Shown here piece by piece: positions 48,901 through 60,018 of a DNA stretch of 64,000 nt. How positions within the stretch are numbered: the stretch's first letter is position 1; each line of letters starts with the position of its first letter. Origin of the DNA: Hyphochytrium catenoides (taxonomy: Eukaryota; Protista; Hyphochytriomycota); assembly GCA_900088475.1 (NCBI GenBank), contig FLMG01002721.1:1-64000 (forward strand), in the 5' to 3' direction. The translations under genes were made by a program, and so were the position numbers. The notes below the pieces were generated by a model that did not search any database, was not told the origin of the DNA, and worked only from the letters and a program-made list of their open reading frames with translations.

Positions 48901-51900
48901 CACAACGACGATATGGTCCCCCAGACCCATTCTCTCGAACATACGCTGATAAGCTCTTTGTTTTCCGGAAAGGGCGGTGATATCCGTGCTCTGAGACGGC
49001 ATTCCATGCTGCTCCCCGATGTAAGACCGTCGGAACGCGTGGAAGTAAAAAAGGAGAGCGAGTTCAAGCTTCGTGTCACACCTGCTCTGTCCTCTCGTGC
49101 TTGTGGCTCTATATTCTACGATCCTCATTAGTTCAAAGGTTCTCCTGGATAGGTCAGCGTCAACCGACTCATCACCATCCCTAACTTGGCTAGAGGCCCA
49201 AGCGTGGCCTCCAATGACCGCGCCCACGAAATAAGTCAGCCAGGTCATCTTTCCTTCTAAGGATTGCAACTTGGCGGCTGTGGGTTGATCTGACGGAGCT
49301 GGATTGACTTGCAATATGTCCTTGTATTGGCGAAGTAGCGGATCAAAGAGAGAAACGAGGTACTGTCCGATGGTCTCATATTGGTGTCGAACTATGGTGG
49401 GCAGTCTTTCCAGCTGCTCTTTGAGATTGCCCTCATCCTCAAGCGGATCCTCGAAGGCCTCATTCTGCAACACCATGTCCACAGAGTCGATACGAGACTG
49501 CACATAAGCCTGCACCACCTAATATCGAAGAAGAAGGACACCTGAGGTTAGTCGAACTCGAAGTTCCTACTATCTCAAACAAACAAGAGCGCAGCCATTG
49601 AGGGCCTTAAGGCACTAGACTACTCGCCACCTCGTAGTGGGCGGTTGACAGATATCTCAGGGATATTCACAAAGGGTAATGCTGGTCAATGAGTGACAAG
49701 ATAGAGAAAGGTGGCGGGCAAAGTACCCTAGGAATGTATCCGTCCAAGTTCGCTGCAGATCTCCCTTGCGCATCCGGCTTGACGTATGGCACGGCCGCCA
49801 CCAGCCTCGCCCAAAGGCTCAGTAAATAGTGCACACTGTTTGCAGAGAACTAGATACACGTTGAGAAGGCGATAACTGTTCAGTATTGGGGCGGCAGTGA
49901 CAGAAAAGCAAATAAAGCAAGGAAAGAGCAAAGCCCATCTACCTGAAGAACCAGATCAGGTGTCAGACAGAGCACTGGAGTAGAAGAACTTTAAAAAAAT
50001 CACCAGTGCATACTTGAAGAGTAGCAAGGAAGTTGGCGATCCTTATGTTTACCTGCCATTGCTGAAAGCTATTCACAGTGAAACTGGCTGCTAAATCCAT
50101 CCACTCCCGGTACCCGTCCGTCTTGACCAGCTCAGAGAGTTGATAGTTCGTCTTTAGCCGACCCAGCAATCTGCAGAACTCATGATAGTTGGCGGGATCA
50201 GACAGCCCGACCTGCTTCGATAGGATCTCTCGGGTTCCAGAGAGAAGCTGTGCCAGGAAGCGAGATAGCTCCTTATCCGTGGAAAACAGTGAGCGCCGAC
50301 AGGATGAAAGGAGAAGGAGAACTTCTAAAGCCTTCGCGCTATTAGGCGGCTCTGATTGCTGGTAAGCCTGAAATAACATATCCATGGTTGCAGGCTCTTG
50401 GATAAGAGGTCGCCATGTGCTAGGCACCTACAAAGCACATCAGACTCTTAGTAAATCATGCGTGAAGCCACTCGGACTGACAAGGCCCATAATCAAATTT
50501 GAGAGAGAGGAAATCCTTTCTGTGGCCGACAAGACTTCTCAGAAGGAGCAAAATGTGATAATGGCGCAATGGCGAAGAAATTGAGTAAGTAGCTCAAAGG
50601 CGTGGGAAGCGCTAGGAGGTGGGTCTTCCCTCTAATACTTTCCCAATTTAAGACAGAACGACACAAAAGACGCGCTGAAGGTGGAGACCACTGAGAGAAG
50701 AGGATTGAGATAGAGGAAAATGGAGAGAGTCAAGTCAGCTGCACCTGGATAGCTCCGATGTCCTCTGCGGACTCGTCCGGGTTGGTGCCAATGAAGTCAA
50801 AGGACAGACATTTGACGGCAAGGTCCAGCGATAGCTCGGTCATTTTATTCTCCTGGCTCTTATCCGCTGTCACCACTGTTCTTAGTTGTAGCTGTCGCAG
50901 AGTTGTGAGGGAGACCTGAAATATCTGTTAAAAGAAAGAGGCACACGGTTCAGTAGTCTGTTGACGGGCGGAATCGAGTCCTCTGTAAACTTAGGTGAGA
51001 GGCCCTCCCTAGATTGGCGTCTTAGACACCACACGACAAAGAGAGTATGAAGAAATTGAGAAAGAGCAGAGGAACCGGGAAAGAGCCAAGGATGCCGAAA
51101 GTAGGCGGGGCAACCGTGGACCTGACGCGTTGTTTCTCGGCCCAGTATGCCTTAGAAGGTGGGAGCGTAAGATAACTGAGGGCTGGCCCGTCATACCTGA
51201 TAAAGAGACTCATCTCTGAAAGATACAGCGGTCTTTCTGTGCTGCGCAAGAGTCCGTCCGCTGGTAGGTTGATTCATCTCATTCACTAACTCAATGAGGA
51301 TTTGCAGTCCTATGAGGCAGTGCTCCACCGTCGCCTGGGCAGTGAGAACAAGCTTAATAACCAGCCATGTGCAGCTTTTTCGAGACAGCACCAGACCAAG
51401 GTGATATGGGATATTTCGACGCTTTAGACAGGGACCAAGGAACAGAGAAGTGGGTAACAACGCACACCAAGCAGAGCTTTCTGAGAAGTACATATGACAA
51501 GCCAGGCTTTCACATGCTGGGATTGAGAGAGCATAGACAAATAGAGAGCCAGAGACTGCGAGCTGAATAGAGGATACCAGGCCGGCAAAAATGGTGAGGG
51601 CAAAACGGGGGAAAGTCGGGGAAAGAGTTTACCTGTAGGAATTTGCTGACTTCCTGAGTAATTTTCCTGTGCTGGTCATCGTCAAACCAGCCGAGCTTGC
51701 TGATACGACAGACGAGTTGGATTAGGGAAACGTTGACAAACTTTTCCATCAAGGGACCTTTCTGGGCGAGATAGTTCAGAATATAGTTCCCTGTGCGAGC
51801 AGTCAGAGGAAACACGTGAGAGCTGAGCCCATACGGAACCGCAGACCGGGCGCTATAGACATAGAATAACACAAGAAGATTGAAAGGTGAACCACATAAG

Positions 51901-52314
51901 GAAGTAGTAGAAAAACTTAAGGGTGCGCTAGGGCTGTGCCTCAAGACAGAGACTGTCCCAGTAACGAGCCTCGGCGCGGGAAAACAGAAAGACTTGCAGC
52001 CGCAACGAGTCAGTGGGGTCGCTACAATGGACAAAGAGATAGGATCGTCGCTCGGACGTACTTATGTCAATCCTTTGTGGCACGCTGAAGTTGTTCCAGT
52101 GCGTGGTGATGAGCTTGGTGAGACTGTTACTAGCCACCAGGAGCGCGAAGGGCACTTTGCTATTGTCCAGAACATACTGGCATTGAGGAATATAGTCCGC
52201 GGAGCTTTGTAGCACCAAAACCTGCTGCTGCGCATGAACTCGCTCCGCCTCATTGGGGGAGCTATAGAGAGTCGTGCACAGCCGCTCTATCTGCGCCAGC
52301 TGGGTGCCATCCAT
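45984..52314 (-). CDS. XPO7: Exportin-7 (RanBP16/17), multi-exon
   Basis: MDGTQLAQIERLCTTLYSS...YIPQCQYVL, RNYILNYL, LVCRISKLGWFD, ELVNEMNQ...HRKTAVSFRD, CLSFDFIGT.PDES.ED...IQVP..WR, NYHEFCRLLGRLKTNYQLSELV, GLCRDLRGI-type motif, FDQSSPNGILLFRE, GGYVNFGVFALY, QWSLSRPIL, NRDKFTQKMTPFR; TGA at 45984-45986. Confidence 0.95.
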
Positions 52315-52614
52315 TCTGTCGGACGTTAGGCTACCAATGGGACAGAGAAGCGTGGCAGGGAAAACCAGGACCCTACGATGCCCTTCTAAATATAAGTGAG
52401 CCCAATGTGCATGAAAGGTTCTGTGAAGGAGCCGCGACAAGAACTTCAGCGGGCTGGAGAGGTGGGAAGGCCAAGCCCGGGCACTCGCAGCCGACAAGGT
52501 CGTGATTCAATCCCCTGCCGCGATGATGCTTATCTCAGTCTATACTTGAGTCCCAGTACGTTCAAAGGATTACGCTGCAATCGAAGAAGTGGGCTGACAG
52601 GTGGTGAGGGTACC

Positions 52615-53344
52615 GAGAGAGAGCGAGACAGAGAGAGCGAGACAGAGAAAGCGAGAGAGCGAGAGAGCGAGAGAGAGAGAGAGAGAGACGTTGCTCTGCG
52701 GATGAAGATGCTCGTGGGAGGTGCGAGTGCTGGTGGCGGATCTAGTGACATGATCTTTCCCCTGCGCATCAACCGCCTGGCCTCCCTCACCTCATATCCT
52801 ACAGACATTACGAATAAGGACTCTTGTATTCGGGACCTGTATGGCTTCTCATGATTCTCAGTTCATTTGTAATCTATTCGGTTTTATTGTGAGATAATGA
52901 TGATTCTACTGAATCATATCGGGGATTTAGGCTGAAGGTAATATCTGGATGAGTACAGTAACACAAACAAATGAATCTTCTTTTGTGTGAGAGACAGAGC
53001 AGAGAGAGAAAGGCAGAGACAAAGAGAGGGTTGTCTAGGGACGCTGGCAGACAGAGTACGGAGAGAGAGAGAAGAGTGAGAAAGAGAGAGAGAGAGAGAG
53101 ATTGTGTGTGAGAGAGAGAGAGAGAGAGATCAAATGTGGCTTTCGATTTTCAGGCCTTCTGGAGTTCTGATCAATCTTCTTGACTCTCCCACGTCCCCGG
53201 CGGTCGCCCTTTCGCGCTCACTTCCCATCATGCTCGCTCGCCCTCTCTTCCGCTATTCTCCCGCCTCCTTTCCGTAGCCTGTCTAGCCTGGTTCTTCTGT
53301 TTATCTCTCTCTCCCCCCCNNNNNNNNNNNNNNNNNNNNNNNNN
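52615..53344. repeat. GA-rich microsatellite blocks and an N-gap (53320-53344) in the XPO7/TSEN2 divergent intergenic region
   Basis: (GA/GAGC) tracts at about 52615-52688 and 53060-53128; 25 N at 53320-53344. Confidence 0.85.
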
Positions 53345-53478
53345 CCCAATCTACCTCTCTCTCTCTCCCCCACATCTCATCGAGAGTGTGCTCCATGATC
53401 TAGCGCAAAAGAAACTACTTCTTTTCTACCTCTGCTTGCCTGCCCTGTGAGGCCACATCATGAACGCTGCCACCAGCT

Positions 53479-55292
53479 ATGGCCTGGCGAGTCCGAGGCT
53501 GCCTTCTCCCATCCGCCGTGGCAGTGGATGATCCAGAAGCCTGTGCGCTGCTCTATCAATGTGGCTGCTATGGCTTACGCTCCCCGCATTTTGCCTCCGG
53601 CGGGGGCCTCATCCTCTCCTTCGAAGAGATTGCCTTTCTAATGGCGGAGGGCGATCTGGTGCTTGACATTGCTGATGAAGCGGGAGAGATCATAACTCAG
53701 GAGACGCTCTGGTCTACTATCATCAGGTGCTGCTTAGATGCTGTTGAACGGCCTTTCTTCTCCCTTTCCTCCCCGCGTTCTCCTAACGCCCGGCCATAGC
53801 CTCTTCTATGCTCAGCAGCCTTACTGTCTTCGCCTCCCTGCTTTCATCTCTCTGACCTCTTGAAGGCACAGGGCATCCTTCCTTCCAAGCTTTATCGTCT
53901 ACGCGCACTTTCGCCGCTTGGGTTGGATACTTCGGCGAGGCCACAACTATGGAACAGACTTCCTCCTTTACCCTGGCCCTCCCTCAGAGTTCCATTCTCT
54001 CTACTGCGCACTCATAACAGAGCCCATCCGGAGCGTCAGATGGAAGCAGCTGCAGGTGTGACAAACCTGAACTTGGTCCTACTTCTGTCTTGGCACTTGT
54101 CCTGGTCGCTTGTTGTTCGCTAAGAAGGGATCTTATTCCGCTTTCTCTCTATACGTGAATGACTTATCTTTGCTTAGAGCTATAAACCGGCGTGGGTTGT
54201 CGTCACGAAGTCCACCTCACGGACAATCTCTTCTACTCTCTCGTTCCCCTCTATTCCATCTGCTTTCAGGGCCTTCTTCGCATTATGCCCGATGTCAAGA
54301 AGTCGTTGCTCCTTTGCTGCGTGACAGTTCCTGCAGAGCTAGCAATCCCTTCCTACAACTCGGAGAATCTGCGTGCCCTGCTCAGTAGAAGCAGCGTTTC
54401 TGTCGTCTCCATGAAGTTTGAGCCCTCTCCTGTGCGCCTGTCTAGTCCAATATTCTCCTCTCCTATAAGCAAGCCTTCCTACCAAACTTCCAGCTCTATT
54501 TCTGGACTGAACCCCTACTCTACGTCAGAGAAGGGGATCCAACAACCCTCATCTGCCGGCTTAGCTTCTGTTGAGGATCTTAAAGAGCTAGCGGCTGAGA
54601 AGCGCTTCAGGATGGTGCTTCTTGTTGGCCTTCCTGGTAGCGGCAAGAGTTTCCTGTCTTCTAGAATCTTTGGCGGGGAAGGTGAGGTGGACTAGCCTGC
54701 TGCTTGTTCTTCGCTAATGCCCTTCTTTCGGCTCCCCTTCTTACATCAGATTTTGCACTCTATGTAGGCTGGGTCATTGTCTCTCAGGACGAATTGGGTT
54801 CCAGACAGCGTTGCGTCGACCTTGTGAAGGTAAGGACTGCAGCAGAGAAGAAGTAAGCTCTCGTACTCACGTGCTCTTCACACCACAGAAATCTATGAGC
54901 CAAGGCTCTCCTTTTATCATTGATCGCTGCAATGTGACGAAAGAGAGCAGAGCAGAATGGATTGACTTGCTGAAGAGACATAATGAGGGCGCCCAGAGCT
55001 GCTGCATCACACTTCTCTCTCCCTTACAAATATGTCGTGACCGTGTCTATACCAGGGTAGGTCATAAAGCTCTGAAAGGGAGAGAGCGTGCTATGCGGTA
55101 AGTAATTTATGGCCGTCTCCTTTTGACCGCTTTATAGGGTTTCACGTCTTTGCTCTAGCCCGTATGTCACTATATCATTCACCCCCCGTCCTTTGTCCCT
55201 CGTCGCCCAGGGTCGTAGATATCTTCGCTCGAAGCTTTGAGATGCCGGTGGAAGAAGAAGGTTTCAACACATACTACATTATTCAGCAATAA
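53479..55292 (+). CDS. TSEN2: tRNA-splicing endonuclease catalytic subunit (Sen2-like) fused to a C-terminal P-loop polynucleotide-kinase-like (AAA_33/T4-PNK fold) domain, about 400 aa; exons 53479-53726, 53866-54055, 54270-54681, 54768-54829, 54889-55097, 55211-55292
   Basis: Endonuclease: LILSFEEIAFL; FIVYAHFRRLGWILRRGHNYGTDFLLYPGPPSEFHSLY (catalytic Y and H, 8 apart); WKQLQ|GLLRIMPDVKKSLLLC (catalytic K). Kinase: MVLLVGLPGSGKS, WVIVSQDELGSRQRC, FIIDRCNVTKESRAEW, ICRDRVYTRVGH, FEMPVEEEGF. Five GT-AG introns, all phase-compatible; total 1203 nt. Confidence 0.88.
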
Positions 55293-55355
55293 ATAGGAGG
55301 AAATTGGACTTCTTCTGGAGAGCCAACCTCTGCTACTGATGAAGTGGACGTATTG

Positions 55356-58300
55356 CTAGACTGCGCGGACGGTCGGGGGTGCAGGCTTTTTACCGTCGTT
55401 GAAATATCTAACGGCAGACCTCACCTCTTCAGCGGTCCTTCTGCGCATATCTGATCCATCTTTCCTACCTCCTGGCCGGCTGAATCTGCCCTTAGTCTGA
55501 CCCTTGCTATCGTCCACGTAGCCGCTGTACTCAAGGCTCGCGGCGTCTATGCCTTGGTGTCGAAGTCTGCCGCGAATAGCCTCCTGATCGCCTCGCCGGA
55601 TTCCTATATCATTCGTGACTTCCTCCACAGTCTGCAAGACAACATGACAGGGAGAGGAGTTAATCTTCCGTCCACTCTCGTCCATTTCCCTCTATCTCTG
55701 GCCCTCTAGTTCCCAAAGCCTCTGCCTATATATCCGTTTTCCTCACTGATCTCAAGCCGGGAGCCTTACCTGAGAGCCGTCCTTATTAGTCACCAGCACT
55801 CTTCTGTTTGATGTGTTCTCACACCAGCCCTTCCCTCCAGAGATGTGCCAGGCGTTCCTTATCATAAGCTCAAAGTAATCATCGCCGTCAATAGCTGCAC
55901 TAATGTTCCTATAATATTCTTCGAACTCCTCCCGAGTGACTATTTCGTCTCTTTCTCCTGCCGAGCCTTTGCCTCCCTGAAAGTTGTCCAAGAACTCTTT
56001 CAAGGCTTGTCCCTTGGTCATGGTACCGTCTAGGACTTGAGGATGCTGGGAGACGTCATATGCCCCTTCTAGATCGTGGAGGTCAACCTGTCCATCTCCC
56101 GTTCGATCAAGGATATCAAAAGCTTGATGGACAAGCCGGAGTCTTCTCTCGTTCATTGGTCCTCTGAGCCCTATCATCAGCTCATCGAAGTCAATGCTGT
56201 TACTCTTGTCCCTGTCCAGGTAGGTGAAGAGATCATCCAACTCTCGGGCATTGAGCAGTAGACCCTGCCCGGCAAGACCACTCTTCAGCTCTTCTCGGGT
56301 CAGCTTCCTGTCCCCATTATCGTCAAACCTACCGAGTGCTCTCTGTACGGCATGTATCCCATTTCCCCCACAAGACTGAAGAATCTTCAGTCTCAGCCTC
56401 TCCACTGTAGAAAGAGGCTCTGCAACTTCTTTCTTCCCCTTTCCAAAGCGCTCTTGAAAGTGCTCATGCAGCCGGACGAGGTCGATGGTCCCTGAACCAT
56501 GAGGGTCTAAACTCTCAGCCAGCTGTTGCGCCACTCTCCTCGAGAGAACCTTCACACTTGAGTCCTTCCTGTTTAGTCTTTGGGTCAGGTCCAGAAGCTG
56601 GTGGGCAAAGGCATTGACATTCATCTTTTCAGCACCATCGGCAAGGACCCGATTAGCCCCTAGCCTGTTGGTCATCTCCTCCAATGTGAGCGCCTTGGAG
56701 AGAGTAGTGGTCCCTCCATTTGCTGTGATAACTGTCTCTTTGGGCGTGTACAGAAGTTCTTTCAGCTGAAGGATAGCGTCTTTCTCTTCTGGCTCCTTAG
56801 ACAGACGGATAGTTCCTTGTTGTCCTCCAGAGGATGGTCTTGATACTGGCCTGCGCGATGTAAGCGCAGGCTGTGGTGGAAGAGCTTCATCACCACTTCC
56901 GTTGAGATATCCATCCCACTCATTGCCCTGATCTTCCTCTAACCTGCTCTTTGCCTTGCTGGTAGTACCTGGAGGGCTGGAGCGCCGTCGATCTATGATC
57001 TCTCGGCTAGTTCTTGCCCTACCGCTATGTGTAGAGAGGGATCGTCTCTCATTATATCTGAGTTGTTCTTCGGCCGCGAGCTCCCTCCGTCTCACTGTGT
57101 CACGTCCCCCAGGAGATCTTAGTTCCTGGGTTTCGACTTCCTGATGTCTTTCTGAGTGGCGTTGGGGCGCCTTGTCGGCCCTCCTCCCTTGGCGATTATG
57201 CTCATCCATTCCGTACCTCGTATCTCTCGCAGTGCCACGCTCATCTCTTCTCCCTCCTCCTCCTACTTCTCCGAGAAGGCCTGGCCTCTTCTCTGGCTTC
57301 CTAGGCTTTTCCGTGGCATCAATAGAGCCGTAATATCCCAGCTTCTCCCCCTGCCGTACTCGGTTGTCTTGCTGCAGCTTGTTCCTGATGGCGGCCTCAT
57401 CTCGGCCTCTAATCCTGATATCATTTCTTACCTCTTCCACTCTCTCATTTCCATCTTCCCCTTGTACTAGCACCCGCCTGTTACTGCTGTTTGCTGCTGC
57501 GCCCTTCCCTCCCGCTATGTGCCAAGCATTCCGGATCATTAGCTCGAAATATCCATCATCGTCTATCGACGCGCTAACATTTCGATAGTACGCATAGAAC
57601 TCCTCTCGAGTAATAAGGTTGTCATAGTTGTTGCTAATATCTGGACGCTCCCACTGCTGCATAAACTCCTTTACGACCTGCTCCTTCGTCTTCCTCCGCG
57701 CCACCACGTCAGGGTGCTTGCTAGCATCATATAGCTCTAGCATCTCTTCAAGAGAGACCTCATCGTTCCCATTCACATCCAGCTGATCGAAGGCAAGGTC
57801 TATCAGTCTCTTGCGGACTTCATTCAGCTCCCCTCTGAGACCTGAGAGGAGCTCATCAAATGATACTGAACCTGAGCCGTCATTGTCTAAGAAATGGACG
57901 AGGATGTCCAGCTCCTTGGGGGAGAGGTCAATGCCAAAGTCCCTTAGTCCATAGTTTAGCTCCTCAGCGGATAGCTTCTTATCCCCGTTATTGTCTAGGA
58001 TACGGAAGAGACGAGCGATGGTGTGGAGCCCATTGGCACCGAGGCGCGCGGTCAGAGTATCTCGGATGCGGGCCAGTACCTTCTGCTCCTTCTCCTGCTC
58101 TTCTTCTCCGCCGAATATCCCGACCAAACTAGTCTCATTTCTTCTAGCAGCCGATGGGCGTCCAAACACCACTTCGTCATCTTGTCGTGAGGAGATACCA
58201 TGGTGTCTGACGGACCCAGAAGAGAGCGGCCGGACGGATCCTTGAGCCGATCTTGGCCGTAGGCTCGGTCCGAGAGGATGTTTCCCTGAGCTCGGCCGTA

Positions 58301-59376
58301 CCTGGGCAGGGCGTACACCTGCAGATGGTGGCCTCCTCATAGGAGTCGAAGAAGTAGATAACTTCCGTGGCTCTTCGTCTCTCTTTGCCCTCCTAGCCTT
58401 GGTATCCAGTGCTGCTCTCAGCTGTTGTGACCATGATGCTTCAATGGTACCATTTGGAGTGAGCAGCAGCTCCAGAGCCGGTGCCAGACTAAGCCGGACA
58501 GACTTCCTCTTCTTGGCATGCTCACCTGCGACTGCTATGATGGCCTGGACAGTTTGCTGTAGGTGCTCACGGTTAAGAGAAGATCTCTTGGCCAGCTTGG
58601 ACCAGTTCATCTTCGCAATCGGCGTCGGTGCTATAGGACGTGGGAGAGGCATACGGCTAATCAGATATCACGCGGAGAAGGCATCGAGAGCAGGGTTGCG
58701 CACAGAGTGGTGGGAAGCTGGCGAGACGGAGGCGTGACAAGAAAAGCTGATGAACTCGCTGTAAGGGAATTGGACGAGCATGTGGTTGAAGAGGAAGTAC
58801 CGATATGAGCAGGAAGGAATCGCTAAAGCACACTAACTGCAAGACCAAGGAGGCCAGCTTAGGCGTTCGAGAACAAAGGAATCGTAAGCTGGCTAGAAGG
58901 AGGTAGCGCGCGTAATAGAAGTTCAATGTTGCCTCTTGCTTAGAAGGGGGTGAGTAGAACTAACCCAGGGGAGGAGGAGACTGCTGCTTGACATTGTACT
59001 GCTGTTGGAATCCATTAGAAAGAATGAACACCAAGGTCCCTGCTTTGGAAATAGCGAAAGTCCCTAGGCCTTCAATGTTCAGTGGCTGGAATTCAAGAAG
59101 ATGGTGGAGGACGTAATCTGACAGCTCTTTCCAGGCCTTTAAGGTGTCGTCCTACGTCGTACGGCAAATCGTCAGAAACACAGGTGAAAAGTACTGGCAG
59201 AAAGGACAGCTGTGCTGGGGTTGAAAGAACCGGAACAAACGCGATGCAACGCCTCGCCATGTGCCAACACCTGTAGTAATGAAAGGACTCACCAATGAAA
59301 AGAGTTTCACACGCTCTTGAGCCTGGCAGACAAGCTCGGCAAGCGTCAGATCTGGAGCGCTCTGCGTTGGGGCCAT
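55356..59376 (-). CDS. CCDC81-type tandem HU-like domains plus two calcyphosin-like EF-hand modules, about 1135 aa; exons 59376-59293, 59151-58965, 58630-55770, 55631-55356
   Basis: N-terminus KAWKELSDYVLHHLLEFQPLNIEGLGTFAI...VFILSNGFQQQYNVKQ...PIAKMNWSKLAKRSSLNREHLQQTVQAII (HU-CCDC81-like). EF loops DNNGDKKLSAEE, DNDGSGSVSFDE, DVNGNDEVSLEE, DDNGDRKLTREE, DRDKSNSIDFDE, DRTGDGQVDLHD. The calcyphosin signature EEF..YY.N.SA.ID.D.YFELMIRNAWHI occurs twice. Confidence 0.85.
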
Positions 59377-59729
59377 CCTTCCTTCTGGAAGGCTACCAAT
59401 CAGCTGAGCTTCAGCCTCCCACGTGGGCCTGAAGAATTAAACTTGTGACTCTTCTCAAAGCTCAATAAACCCCTTGTTCTCCACGTCCAGGATGGCGCAT
59501 CCGCGCCCATTCTCATCAACAAACGCCTCCGCCGCTGCTCTCCCTACCGTCTGACTCTGTAGGTGAGAAGCTCCGTCACAGGCTGACTGGAGCACTGATG
59601 AGCCGCCAACCGCCGACCAAACCATCCACAGAACAGAAAATGTAACGACCTCTTCCCGAACCTAATGATTACTTATGTTAGATCTATATGTGATTAATCA
59701 ATTAAGGTTGGCGCCACCTCCAACCCCCG

Positions 59730-59740
59730 TTCCCGCCAAA
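59730..59740. promoter_or_regulatory. Candidate E2F-binding site upstream of POLE2
   Basis: ttcccgccaaa (reverse complement TTTGGCGGGAA) about 280 bp upstream of the POLE2 ATG; a second ttggcgcca at 59708-59716. Confidence 0.5.
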
Positions 59741-60018
59741 TGATTTGTATGAAAAGCTCTTCTTCCCATCAGAGCTCCTCCGATCCTTTGACTCGAGCAG
59801 AGCTCAAGAAGGCATTGTCTGGAGCTCTGGGAGTATGTAGGAGAGTGAAGCGTTGCAGACTGAAAGCACCTGTGGATGGAAGTTGCATTTGCAATCGTTC
59901 TTAAGACTAGCATCTGTGCCGTTTTAGCTGTTAAAGACCGTGATAACTTATTGCACAAGACCAAGCTTAGCGTTTGTACATATTCTTGGCTCTGGGAAAC
60001 TTCATAACATAGAGAGGA

